The notes under the pieces were generated by a model, which did not search any database, was not told the origin of the DNA, and saw only the letters and a list, made by a program, of their open reading frames with translations. This document shows positions 54,704 to 64,000 of a stretch of 64,000 nt of DNA, piece after piece. The stretch's first letter is position 1, and every line of letters starts with the position of its first letter. The DNA comes from Candidatus Uhrbacteria bacterium. GTDB lineage: Bacteria; Patescibacteriota; Patescibacteriia; UBA9934. Position numbers and translations under genes: made by a program. The stretch lies in the NCBI GenBank assembly GCA_943354605.1, contig CALRCK010000001.1:84936-148935 (forward strand). The letters run 5' to 3'.

Positions 54704-56868
54704 CGTTCTTGAGAAAAAGTCACTGCTGCTTCGAACGCGATATATCGCAATGTCGGGTTGAGCGGATCAGAAAAATATTTCGTCGCAACTTGGCCGTGTG
54801 CCGTTTGACGGGCGACGGCATCAAGAATTGCATCGTCGCCGTGCGAAAGATCGAAGCGTTCAATGTGGGGATGTGCGCCATAGTGTCGATTTTTTTCGTC
54901 GTCGCGTTCAAGTTTCAGATCGCGAATCACGGTTCCATCGGGTGCGATCTCCTCGTCGATTCCCACAATGTTCAATCCAAAATCATTCACGTATTTCATT
55001 GCTACCGGAAGAGACGCTGGAACATGAGCGGTGATGACGTGAGTTTTTGCAAGGGAATCAATTGTGCTTTGCAACATGGCCTCACCAATGCCGGAACTTC
55101 GATACACATCGTTCACGTTTAACGATCCCGCATACAACGAGCCATGATCCTGTTCATCAAATCGTACCGAAGCGGCAATATTGTTACCCTTACGAAGAAT
55201 AACGAATCGCGATCGAGGATTCTTGAACGAATCTTCAAGGCTCTTCCGCGTGCTTTCCAAAAGTTCCGGTGCTTGTTTGCTCCAATTCTCGGTGAGAATA
55301 CTGACCATCGATGCCTTATCGGCGTCTGTAAGTTCGTTTGATGATACCGATTCCAGATGTACATCTTTGATGTCCTCAAACTTCACATCCTGTCCCTTTT
55401 GCGTAATTTTAAACATGCTCGCAAACAACACGATGTCGCTTTTGAATCGTGCAAGTTTTGACGTGATCGACGATGCATCGGCGGATTCTGCAGTGACAAG
55501 AAGATCTTTGGCACGCGAAAGGAGTTCTGTGCGGACGGCATCGGCGTTGTAGGTTTTGTCCTTCGCAAAGAAGCGCTTGCCAAGCGTGTCCGCAGTTTCC
55601 TGTGCAAACGTAACAATCTCGCTAAAGCTTTTGAAAATCTGTTTTGCATCGTCCTCAGAAAACTTTTCCGCGATTGCAAGCACCGTTCCACGAAAACCAT
55701 CACCAAACTCCGTGGAAAGAAATGCCCGAGCACCGTCAATGCCGAATCGATGAATCGTTCCAATAATTCGTTTCTCCTCCGCAGCCGTAATTTTTCGCAG
55801 CGTCCCAATCACCGAAACCTGTTCGCGAAGCGTGAGCTGTTCAATAGGGAAGCCGAAGTCTTTGCTAAACTGTTCTCGCATGCCGATGTCAAAGGTGAAT
55901 GTAATATCGTCGGCAATATCGGGGAGCGCAAGATCGGGGTCTTTGTCTACGGGAACAAATCTGAAATCCTGGATATTACGAACGCCAAGAAGACGTCCCA
56001 TAGCATCGAACGCACCAACTTTTTCCGGAGCAATTTGGGTAATAATAAAATGAGCATCATCAACATTCTTTCGAAGCATTGGTGTATCAAGTGAGCGAAC
56101 GACTTGGGTCCAAAGATATTCAGTGACGCCTTCATCGCCAGTCAGATATGGATCGATACGAAAAATCTCTTCATCAGACATCGCGGCAACCGTTTCGGAT
56201 GTTTCAAGAGTAATCCTTGGGAATTGAAGGTAAAGGTTTCGAAGCGCCGTGGGGTCGTGAGGAAGTGAAACGCTCTGCCGAGCATTCATGGCCTCCACTT
56301 TTCTGCGGAGCAGGGGATTGCTTGCAAGAGAATCGGGATCTTCAATGATAAAACTATGCTCGTCGACAGGATAAAAATGAAGGGGATCACCAGCAAGCGT
56401 ACGAAGTGCATCATTGGAAAATTGACTGAGAGCGGTATCATAGTATTCGCCGTGTTCCTTGGCGGCGATGATGGTGGAGTCGAGTAAAGAAAGGAACCGG
56501 CCGCTGAGACGAATATTTGCGTTCCAATACGATTCTTCTCCGAGTACGCCGTAACAAATGTCCTGGACCCAGCGTCGTAATTTCTTGTCATGACTCCATG
56601 CGTCATCGAGGGTAACAATGGAAGTGACCCGTGCAAGAACATCATGCCATCGCTCGACGGTGCCGAATGTGGCGACAGGTTCAGCTGGAATGAACTCATT
56701 GTATTGCAAGTGCAATGATTGGAGCGCATTTTGGAGTTCGAGAACACGAGGATGAGAGATTTCTTGAGGACGTTCTTTTTTGGGGACAGAATTCCCCCGG
56801 GTGCTCAAATAGTGTGAAACGCTTTGTTCGCCGGCCGCCCTACTTCGCCATGATCCACCTTCGGCCAT
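54691..56868 (-). CDS. large hypothetical protein with a C-terminal GNAT acetyltransferase-like domain
   Basis: It is 725 aa. The C-terminal ~150 aa (…FVILRKGNNIAASVRF…RSSGIGEAMLQS…) are GNAT-like. Its start abuts the transketolase C-subunit stop with a 2-nt gap. Confidence 0.45.
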   Translation of the reverse strand: MAEGGSWRSRAAGEQSVSHYLSTRGNSVPKKERPQEISHPRVLELQNALQSLHLQYNEFIPAEPVATFGTVERWHDVLARVTSIVTLDDAWSHDKKLRRWVQDICYGVLGEESYWNANIRLSGRFLSLLDSTIIAAKEHGEYYDTALSQFSNDALRTLAGDPLHFYPVDEHSFIIEDPDSLASNPLLRRKVEAMNARQSVSLPHDPTALRNLYLQFPRITLETSETVAAMSDEEIFRIDPYLTGDEGVTEYLWTQVVRSLDTPMLRKNVDDAHFIITQIAPEKVGAFDAMGRLLGVRNIQDFRFVPVDKDPDLALPDIADDITFTFDIGMREQFSKDFGFPIEQLTLREQVSVIGTLRKITAAEEKRIIGTIHRFGIDGARAFLSTEFGDGFRGTVLAIAEKFSEDDAKQIFKSFSEIVTFAQETADTLGKRFFAKDKTYNADAVRTELLSRAKDLLVTAESADASSITSKLARFKSDIVLFASMFKITQKGQDVKFEDIKDVHLESVSSNELTDADKASMVSILTENWSKQAPELLESTRKSLEDSFKNPRSRFVILRKGNNIAASVRFDEQDHGSLYAGSLNVNDVYRSSGIGEAMLQSTIDSLAKTHVITAHVPASLPVAMKYVNDFGLNIVGIDEEIAPDGTVIRDLKLERDDEKNRHYGAHPHIERFDLSHGDDAILDAVARQTAHGQVATKYFSDPLNPTLRYIAFEAAVTFSQERQAA

Positions 56869-56869
56869 A

Positions 56870-57853
56870 TTACTTCCTCTTCATTACACTCTTCGCCGCC
56901 CTCACAATCCATGGCGCGGTGAGGTGGTAGTGCTCCAGAAGTTCTTCCGGCTTTCCAGACTGGCCAAATTCGTCGCGCATTCCCATTCGGATTACCGGAG
57001 TAGGGCATTCTTGCGACAGCAGCTCGCAGACTGCGCTGCCCATACCGCCGGCGATCTGTGCTTCCTCCACGGTCACGACGGCGCCACATTCTTTCGCGGC
57101 CTTTATGATCGTCTCGGTATCAAGCGGCTTTACGGAGACGCAATTGATCACGCGAGTTTCGATTCCGGATTTTTCAAGATCGCGAGCCGCCTTGAGTGCT
57201 TCGTACACTTGTGGCCCACAAGCGATGATGGCGACATCGTTTCCTTTGCTGAGCACTTGCGCCTTACCAACTTCGAATGGGGATTTTTCGGTGGTGAAGA
57301 TTGGCGTTGCTTCACGACCAAGGCGAACATACACGGGGCCGTCGATTTCCGCGGCGGCGATTGTTGCTTTCTCTGCCTCAATTGCGTCGCACGGCACAAG
57401 GACCGTCATGTTCGGCAGTACACGCATTAATGCGATGTCCTCAGTCATTTGATGCGTTGCGCCGTCGGGGCCAACGGAAATACCGGCATGTGCACCGGCA
57501 ATTTTGAGATTGACGTTCTGCAAGCATCCTGTGGTGCGGATTTGCTCCCAGTTTCGACCGGGAGAGAATGCGGCGTAGCTCGCGATAAACGGAATTTTTC
57601 CTGCGAGCGCCATGCCAGAAGCGATTGCGGCGAGAGATTGTTCGGAAACGCCAATCTGAATGTACCGATCTGGAAACGCATGCTTAAAATCGAGAACACG
57701 TGTGGACTCGCTCAAGTCCGCGCACAGTGCCACAACGGATACATTCCGTTTTCCGGCCTCAACCAAGCCTCTACCGAAGCCATTGCGCGTTGGTTCGGTT
57801 TTGATGGTTTTTGCAAAAAGGTCTTTGACGAGTTTTGCGGAAGAAACGATCAT
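56870..57853 (-). CDS. transketolase, C-terminal (pyrimidine-binding) subunit
   Basis: It carries TRNGFGRGLVEAG…, FIASYAAFSPGR and HAGISVGPDGATHQ, which are typical split-transketolase blocks. Confidence 0.85.
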   Translation of the reverse strand: MIVSSAKLVKDLFAKTIKTEPTRNGFGRGLVEAGKRNVSVVALCADLSESTRVLDFKHAFPDRYIQIGVSEQSLAAIASGMALAGKIPFIASYAAFSPGRNWEQIRTTGCLQNVNLKIAGAHAGISVGPDGATHQMTEDIALMRVLPNMTVLVPCDAIEAEKATIAAAEIDGPVYVRLGREATPIFTTEKSPFEVGKAQVLSKGNDVAIIACGPQVYEALKAARDLEKSGIETRVINCVSVKPLDTETIIKAAKECGAVVTVEEAQIAGGMGSAVCELLSQECPTPVIRMGMRDEFGQSGKPEELLEHYHLTAPWIVRAAKSVMKRK

Positions 57854-57890
57854 AGAGAAAAGAAACCTCGCAATAAACGACCTGACCCCT

Positions 57891-58772
57891 TCAGGAACCT
57901 GCTTCAATAGCGCCATTGAGTGTTCTCAGCTCTCGCAAGGCTCTTCCAAGTTCCTTTCGATCTTTCGGCGGCTTGCCATGCCAGCTTGGCTCGCACTCCA
58001 TGAAGGAGACGCCTTTGCCGGGAATGGTGTGTGCGATGATGACCGTTGGGGCTTCCCATGTGCTCTCCCCACGATCACAGGCGTTGATGATGTCGCGAAT
58101 GTTATGGCCGTCAATCTCCAGAACATTCCACCCAAATGCAGTAAATTTATCGTGAAGTGGCTCCAGCGGCATGATGTCTTCGGTGTAGCCGTCGATTTGA
58201 ATGTTGTTTCGGTCGATGATCCACGTGAGATTGTTCAGCTGGTTTTTTGCGGCGAAGAGTGCGGCTTCCCACGTAATTCCGCATTCCAGTTCGCCGTCGC
58301 TCATCACGCAGTAGGTGTGCCACGGGGAACCGTCCATTTTTGCAACATATGCCGTGCCGACGGCTTGCGAAGATCCGTCGCCGAGAGGTCCAGACGTGTT
58401 CTCGAGTCCTGGGAGAAATCGCATTTCTGGATGCCCTTGGAGACGAGATCCGAACTTTCGCAAGGTTTGGAGCTCCGCGACAGGAAAATATCCCGCGTGG
58501 GCCATGGTGACGTACCGCACTGGAACAATGTGACCGTTGCTGAGAAAGAGTCGATCGCGTTCGTCCCATGTTGGACGCTTGGGATTATGGTGGAGAATGT
58601 GAAAGTAGAGCGCGGTAAAAATATCCGCCATGCCGAGTGGGCCAGCACTATGGCCGCTTCCCGCAGTAAGGAGCATTTTCAAAATATCCTCGCGAATGGT
58701 GTTCGCGATGAGCTCGAGCTTGCGGACATCGCCATCGGTGATGGCAGAGGGGGTATGTCGACGTTGCGGCAT
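57891..58772 (-). CDS. transketolase, N-terminal (TPP-binding) subunit
   Basis: It has GSGHSAGPLGMADI and the DGELECG TPP-binding motif. Confidence 0.85.
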   Translation of the reverse strand: MPQRRHTPSAITDGDVRKLELIANTIREDILKMLLTAGSGHSAGPLGMADIFTALYFHILHHNPKRPTWDERDRLFLSNGHIVPVRYVTMAHAGYFPVAELQTLRKFGSRLQGHPEMRFLPGLENTSGPLGDGSSQAVGTAYVAKMDGSPWHTYCVMSDGELECGITWEAALFAAKNQLNNLTWIIDRNNIQIDGYTEDIMPLEPLHDKFTAFGWNVLEIDGHNIRDIINACDRGESTWEAPTVIIAHTIPGKGVSFMECEPSWHGKPPKDRKELGRALRELRTLNGAIEAGS

Positions 58773-58858
58773 GCGGGAAGTATAGCAAGAAACAAAAATC
58801 ACTCGCAGTGTCGCGAGTGACTTTTGTGATGAACCGAGTTGATAGAGAGGAGGCTCGA

Positions 58859-59662
58859 TTATTCTGCCACGTAGATCGCGCCGGTGTTCCCACTATCGTA
58901 GCTATCGAAGAATGTGTAGGTTCCCGCTTCGCTGAAGCGGTGGGTGAATGTTCCACCCGCTTCCATGGTTCCGGTGCCCCAGGAAAGATCGTCGCTCGTT
59001 GCCGTGTGCTTTTCGGTATCGGTATTGGTGAAGGTGACGGTTTCGCCTGCGCTGATCGTCACGTCGATCGGGCTGTAGCCGTTGCTGGTAATGCTGATGT
59101 TTTCTGGAGCGGTGAGGCTTTTATCGATATTAATACTTGTTGCCGCAGCGCTTTCGGTGGTTGATGAGTAGTCGCCAGACGCTTCGATCGCATCGCCAAT
59201 GGTGTAGTTACTGAAGAATCCATCTGGGACGTCGTCAATTTTGGTGTTCCATGTGCTGCCGTACAGTGCGGTTGCGATGGATTCGCTGGTGACATGGCGA
59301 AGCACGCCACCTGCGCTAATAGCGTAGGTTTTTGGATCAGAGTTGATTTTGATCATTTTGCTTCCTGGTTTGTACGTGACGTTGCCGCCCATCTGGATTT
59401 TTGCGAGATCTGCATCTGAAAGGAACTTCACGCTATCAAAGTTGCTATACCACGTAAAATACGTTTTGTCGTTTGGAAAAACGTAGCGGAAGCCATCGGC
59501 GCCCATGTAGTACACAGCGGAGAAGGTGGTGCCGCGAATGAGATCGCCGGAGACAACGCTGGACGACGCCTGCACGCGGTTGGTGTGCCACAGACCCACG
59601 GCGCCAACGATAGCAGCAACAGCAATGAACGAGCCAATGAACGAAAATGCGCGTTTGGTCAT
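58859..59662 (-). CDS. secreted hypothetical protein with a C-terminal cupredoxin-like beta-sandwich (no obvious Cu ligands)
   Basis: It has a signal peptide. The C-terminal region VTISAGETVTFTNTDTEKHTATS…GTYTFFD resembles plastocyanin-like folds but lacks the Cys/Met ligand set. Confidence 0.35.
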   Translation of the reverse strand: MTKRAFSFIGSFIAVAAIVGAVGLWHTNRVQASSSVVSGDLIRGTTFSAVYYMGADGFRYVFPNDKTYFTWYSNFDSVKFLSDADLAKIQMGGNVTYKPGSKMIKINSDPKTYAISAGGVLRHVTSESIATALYGSTWNTKIDDVPDGFFSNYTIGDAIEASGDYSSTTESAAATSINIDKSLTAPENISITSNGYSPIDVTISAGETVTFTNTDTEKHTATSDDLSWGTGTMEAGGTFTHRFSEAGTYTFFDSYDSGNTGAIYVAE

Positions 59663-59719
59663 AGAAGATTAGGATGTTCTCCAAAGTGAACGTCCTAAAA
59701 GATTATAGTAAAGATGATA

Positions 59720-60409
59720 TCAAATCTTCCGAATGTCGGGAAGCGATGTGCTGTGTGTGAGATGTTGATAGGCATCGTGAGGCCGTTTTGCAGACCAAAT
59801 TGCGCTTGTTGCAACAACGGCATCCGCGCCAGCAGAAACGACGGATTGTACCGTCTCTGCATGCATTCCGCCATCAACCGCGAGAGTGAGCGACGGATAG
59901 AGGGATCGCGTTCTCCGGATCTTCGCCAGAATCGGTTCGCCAAGAAATGGTTTGCCTGACGCGCCGGGCTCAACGCCCATGATGAGGACGCGGTTGGGGA
60001 GTTGCGGAAGAGTGTCGAGGATATCCGGTGATGTTCGCGGACACAGTGCAACGCCGGTTTCGAGGCGAAGTTCACGGATACGATCGAGTATTGGGGCGAT
60101 CGGCCTTTCAATTTCGGCGTGAACAATCGCACGAATCGTTTCCGGAACAATCGACTTCCATTGTTCGATAATGGGCATGGGATTCTGGACCATGCAATGT
60201 AATTCGATATTGGGAATTGTAGAGACGGCCCGCTGGGCCGTCTTCGATCGAGCCGCCGCCGCATCACAAAAACACGTTGCACCGAACATCGTTCCGTCGA
60301 GAATATCGATGTGCGCCGTCATTCCTGGTTGCCAAAAGCCGCGGAAAAAGAGTTTTTCCCGAAGCTCTGCGGCATCTTGGGCAAGAATTCCGGGAAGCAC
60401 CTCGAGCAT
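59720..60409 (-). CDS. rpe: ribulose-phosphate 3-epimerase
   Basis: It carries HIDILDG, LHCMVQNP, MGVEPGASGKPF and AVDGGM, which are Rpe signature blocks. Confidence 0.8.
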   Translation of the reverse strand: MLEVLPGILAQDAAELREKLFFRGFWQPGMTAHIDILDGTMFGATCFCDAAAARSKTAQRAVSTIPNIELHCMVQNPMPIIEQWKSIVPETIRAIVHAEIERPIAPILDRIRELRLETGVALCPRTSPDILDTLPQLPNRVLIMGVEPGASGKPFLGEPILAKIRRTRSLYPSLTLAVDGGMHAETVQSVVSAGADAVVATSAIWSAKRPHDAYQHLTHSTSLPDIRKI

Positions 60410-60413
60410 AGCG

Positions 60414-60863
60414 CTATTCGTTTTCTTCAATCTTCGCAATTTCCTTTACCCGTCGTTCGTGCCGCTCTTCGCCGGAAAAGTTCGTTTCGATGAACGTATC
60501 AACAATCGCGAGAGGTTTATCGGCGGTAGCGATCCGTCCGGAGAGGCACAGAACGTTTCCATCGTCATCACTTCTGAGACTTCGTGCAGCAGGAATGGAA
60601 AAGCCGATCCCGGCGCGGATTCCGTCGAATTTATTCGCGGCAATACAGATTCCTTCTGCACTTCCGCACACCAAAATCCCAAGTGAACGTGGATTCTCCC
60701 GTACAACGCCAGCCACCCGAGCGGCGTACGTCGGATAGTCGTCGTTCATATCCAAAACATGCGCGCCAAGATCTTCAACGTCGGTCCCGCGATCCTGCAA
60801 GTGGCGCTTCACACTTTCTTTGAGCGCATATCCGGCGTGGTCGGCTCCCAAGTACACAATCAT
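60414..60863 (-). CDS. rpiB: ribose-5-phosphate isomerase B
   Basis: It has MIVYLGADHAGYALKE and GILVCGSAEGICIAANK, the RpiB/LacAB family motifs. Confidence 0.8.
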   Translation of the reverse strand: MIVYLGADHAGYALKESVKRHLQDRGTDVEDLGAHVLDMNDDYPTYAARVAGVVRENPRSLGILVCGSAEGICIAANKFDGIRAGIGFSIPAARSLRSDDDGNVLCLSGRIATADKPLAIVDTFIETNFSGEERHERRVKEIAKIEENE

Positions 60864-60934
60864 ATGTTGCAAGTATACCGCGCATTGTGTGCTCATCATG
60901 GAATTGGTACAGTCGCCGCGCACAAGGAAACGAC

Positions 60935-61660
60935 ATGACCATTGTTCCTCTTACGCATTCGCCTCGCTTTTGGGAACGGGTGTGGGGAGGGCTTCTTCGC
61001 ACCAAGATCCGCGTTCCGCCGCAACCAACACTTCCGGCCTTTCTCGCGGACGCCGCAACACTTGCTCGCTACAAGCTTCTCCTCGTCTACATTCCACCGG
61101 GTATCACGGAGGAGCGATATCCGCGGTCGTTCGTGAAGCCCGGGTGGGAGCAGCTTCAGAAATACCGCCCGACCGTGGTGGAACATCTTCCACTGCGCGG
61201 TGGCTGGGCGCTCGTCGAAGCAATTCAGAAGCCCGACTGGCTCCCGAATAACGGGTACCTGGACGACGTCCTCATCGCGGAATGGGACATTGGGAAGCGG
61301 TACGAAATTCCGTGGACGATTGCAGTTCGGCTCGCATCGGAAGGTGTCGAAAAGAAGTTTGCACTTCCTTCGCGAAGCGCTTTTCTTATGTCGGCCGAAG
61401 AGTGGAGCCTCACCGCGAACCTCTTTAATTGGCTTCGTCGCCGTCGGTGTATCGCGCTTCCGAACCTCGGAGCCACGAATTCCTCGGAATGGTGTAGAAA
61501 TGCTGTTCCGCACGAAATGTCGGCCGATGGACAGCGGGGGAAACACGGGCTGACGATTGGCTGGAAGACGAGTGGCGGGCTTGCAAATCTCAGCCACTGG
61601 GACGAGGCATCACGGTCCACCGGATTTCGGTTCATCATCTGGCTCGAGCCTGCGGCTTGA
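60935..61660 (+). CDS. hypothetical protein
   Basis: The ORF is 241 aa from MTIVPLTHSPRFWERVWGG. No domain recognised. Confidence 0.3.
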   Translation: MTIVPLTHSPRFWERVWGGLLRTKIRVPPQPTLPAFLADAATLARYKLLLVYIPPGITEERYPRSFVKPGWEQLQKYRPTVVEHLPLRGGWALVEAIQKPDWLPNNGYLDDVLIAEWDIGKRYEIPWTIAVRLASEGVEKKFALPSRSAFLMSAEEWSLTANLFNWLRRRRCIALPNLGATNSSEWCRNAVPHEMSADGQRGKHGLTIGWKTSGGLANLSHWDEASRSTGFRFIIWLEPAA

Positions 61661-61812
61661 GCTACAACGCATCGCGCTTCGGGGCACGCCCGGAGCGCGA
61701 TGGTGCGTTTTGTGATCGGTGTACGTCTGGCTGGCGGGGATTTGGCGTTTTTGCTACCATCCGTACATCACAATTTATCGAGCGCGGCGTTCCGTTGCTC
61801 CATTTGCCTGAT

Positions 61813-64000
61813 ATGCAAAGTCATTCCGATCAAGAAAAGGAACTTTTAGAATCTTGGGAGAAGAATCGCATTTTTGAGCGCTCGGTGGAGGAGCGGCCGG
61901 AAGATAAACGATACACCTTTTACGACGGCCCGCCGTTTGCGACGGGTTTGCCACATTACGGCAGTATTTTACCGTCGGTGATTAAGGACGTGGTTCCTCG
62001 GTACTGGACCATGAAGGGTTATCGCGTGGAGCGAGTGTGGGGCTGGGATTGTCATGGAGTTCCGATTGAAAACATGATCGAGCAGGAGCTTGGACTGAAG
62101 GGCGGAAAGAAGGGAATTGAGGAGCTCGGTATCGATAAGTTCAATGCTGCATGTCGCGCAGCAATTCTGCGTTTCGATAAAGAATGGGAAGTCATCATCA
62201 AGCGCGTTGCACGGTGGGTTGATTTCAAACACTCGTACAAAACCATGGACAACACGTTCATGGAGAGTGTCTGGTGGGGGTTCAAGGAGTTGTACGAAAA
62301 GAAGCTGGTTCGCGAAGGCAAACGCGTGATTTTGTATTGTCCACGCTGCGCAACGCCACTCAGCAACTTTGAGATTGCGATGGATAACTCGTACAAAGAT
62401 GTTGAAGACAATTCGCTGTACGTAAAGTTTAAGCGTAAGGGAACGGACAATGAATATTTTCTTGCTTGGACGACTACTCCGTGGACGCTCCCGGGAAACG
62501 TCGGCCTCGCCGTTGATCGCGATGCGGAATACGTGAAAGTCCAGGTTGGTGATGAATTCGTCTGGATGGCGAAGCAGCGCATGGAGGCGATAACTTCTCT
62601 CCCCACATTTATGGGGGGAGTCGGAGGGGGGCTTGATTCTGGATCGATCGTCGAAACCGTGAAGGGCTCCGATCTTCTCGGTATCGAATATGGACCGCTC
62701 TATTCGTACATGCCGCTTGATGGCAAGAAGGCACATTACATTCTTCCAGCAACATTCGTGTCGCTCGACGACGGAACCGGAATTGTGCACACCGCGGCTG
62801 TTTTTGGCGAAGACGACTACAAACTTGCACAAGAGTTCGATCTTCCGTGCGTTTCAACGCTCGATGATCAAGGGAAGTTTCTCGATTTCGTCGAGCCGTT
62901 GAAAGGTGTGTTCTTCAAGAAAGCAGAGCAATGGATTATTGACGATCTTCAAAAAAGAAACTTAGTTTGTGCAGTAACGAAGTTTGTTCACTCATATCCA
63001 ATGTGCTATCGCTGCTCCACACCGCTCTACTACAACGCGGTGCCGGCGTGGTTTATTGATGTGCAATCGCTCAAGCCACAGCTCATCGCGCAGAATGAGA
63101 ATATCAATTGGTATCCAGAGCATTTGAAGAAAGGACGATTCGGAAAAGGTCTCGAGACCGCACCAGATTGGAACATCTCACGTTCACGATATTGGGGAAC
63201 GCCGATGCCGGTGTGGGTGGCGGAAGACGGCACGCGCCGTGTTGTTGGTTCCTTCAACGAGCTGAAAACATGGGCCGTTGATCTGTCGCGAGTAGAATCG
63301 CTTACAGATTTCCATCGTGAGTTTATTGATCCGATCGATGTGTGGGTGGATGACGCGAGGACGAAAAAAGGGAAGCGCATTCCGGAGGTGTTCGATTGTT
63401 GGGTGGAATCTGGATCAATGCCATTTGCGGCGATCCATGCGCCGTTTGAGAATAAGGAGAAGTTCGCCGCGGCATTCCCGGCTCAATTCATCACCGAATA
63501 CATCGCCCAGACTCGAGCGTGGTTCTATGTGATGCACGTGATGTCTGTGGCGCTGTTTGGACGAAATGCGTACGAAAATGTTCTGACGACGGGAACAATT
63601 CTTGCTGACGACGGGCAGAAGATGAGTAAGTCAAAAAAGAATTACCCGGATCCAACAATCTTGATTGAAAAACACAGTGCCGATGCATTGCGGTTCTATT
63701 TGATGTCGCAACCGCTGGTAAACGGTGAGAATTTGAATTTCAACGAATCTGGCGTTGATGAGGTTTCCAAGAAGTTCATCACCATCATGAAGAACGTGGT
63801 GTCGTTCTATGGGTTGTACAAAGAGCACGACGACGGGCGAACGCCGTCCAACGTGCATGTGCTCGACCAATGGATCATGGCACGCATCGCACAAACACTT
63901 GGAGAAGAAACGACAGCCATCGAACGATACGATCTTTCCGACGCAGCCCGATCGCTCCAATCATTCGTGACCGATCTTTCCACGTGGTATGTTCGCCGAT
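61813..64000 (+). CDS. ileS: isoleucine--tRNA ligase (3' end beyond the window)
   Basis: It has PPFATGLPHYG (HIGH-class motif region), WGWDCHGVP and the KMSKS motif (KMSKSKKN). The frame is open to the window end. Confidence 0.9.
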   Translation, partial: MQSHSDQEKELLESWEKNRIFERSVEERPEDKRYTFYDGPPFATGLPHYGSILPSVIKDVVPRYWTMKGYRVERVWGWDCHGVPIENMIEQELGLKGGKKGIEELGIDKFNAACRAAILRFDKEWEVIIKRVARWVDFKHSYKTMDNTFMESVWWGFKELYEKKLVREGKRVILYCPRCATPLSNFEIAMDNSYKDVEDNSLYVKFKRKGTDNEYFLAWTTTPWTLPGNVGLAVDRDAEYVKVQVGDEFVWMAKQRMEAITSLPTFMGGVGGGLDSGSIVETVKGSDLLGIEYGPLYSYMPLDGKKAHYILPATFVSLDDGTGIVHTAAVFGEDDYKLAQEFDLPCVSTLDDQGKFLDFVEPLKGVFFKKAEQWIIDDLQKRNLVCAVTKFVHSYPMCYRCSTPLYYNAVPAWFIDVQSLKPQLIAQNENINWYPEHLKKGRFGKGLETAPDWNISRSRYWGTPMPVWVAEDGTRRVVGSFNELKTWAVDLSRVESLTDFHREFIDPIDVWVDDARTKKGKRIPEVFDCWVESGSMPFAAIHAPFENKEKFAAAFPAQFITEYIAQTRAWFYVMHVMSVALFGRNAYENVLTTGTILADDGQKMSKSKKNYPDPTILIEKHSADALRFYLMSQPLVNGENLNFNESGVDEVSKKFITIMKNVVSFYGLYKEHDDGRTPSNVHVLDQWIMARIAQTLGEETTAIERYDLSDAARSLQSFVTDLSTWYVRR
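62597..62634. repeat. 38-nt GC-rich repeat unit inserted in-frame in ileS (single arm)
   Basis: CTCTCCCCACATTTATGGGGGGAGTCGGAGGGGGGCTT matches 8257-8294 at 37 of 38 positions. In the protein it encodes …SLPTFMGGVGGGLDSG…. Confidence 0.6.

Overview
This window reads as a chromosomal segment from a small-genome, probably uncultivated bacterium. The gene content has a Patescibacteria/CPR-like flavour, but that is inference, not a classification. It is densely coding, mostly with short hypothetical, secreted or membrane proteins. Housekeeping genes I recognise: ruvB, two NUDIX hydrolases, riboflavin synthase, rlmH, and a 23S-5S rRNA pair with no 16S nearby. Also four tRNAs (Leu-TAA, Gly-GCC, Leu-TAG, Ala-TGC), a split transketolase with rpe and rpiB, two PfkB kinases, a pseudouridine synthase, and the 5' two-thirds of ileS. 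Cell-envelope genes include a Wzx-like flippase, a Wzy/O-antigen-ligase-like protein, a SpoIID/LytB protein, an FG-GAP L,D-transpeptidase, VanW, a CapA protein, and a large lamin-tail-domain surface protein. The most striking features are: (1) a tandem array of six paralogous pilin-like genes (TrbC/VirB2-type) at 780-3516; (2) a sharp compositional mosaic, with a ~45-50% GC backbone interrupted by at least seven visibly GC-rich blocks (~60-68% by eye, not computed), and two of these blocks end in the same 24-nt motif followed by a hairpin; (3) three small repeat families: a ~112-nt element in three copies, two of them immediately 5' of tRNA-Leu and 23S rRNA; an ~85-nt hairpin repeat at gene ends; and a 38-nt GC-rich palindromic unit inserted in-frame in two unrelated genes; (4) a recurring promoter-proximal motif AGCGAATATTAGC(C/A)AAGAA in front of GC-rich hypothetical genes and a TrmB-like regulator. 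No CRISPR array, transposase or integrase was recognised. All coordinates for RNA genes and start codons are hand-derived and approximate to a few nucleotides.
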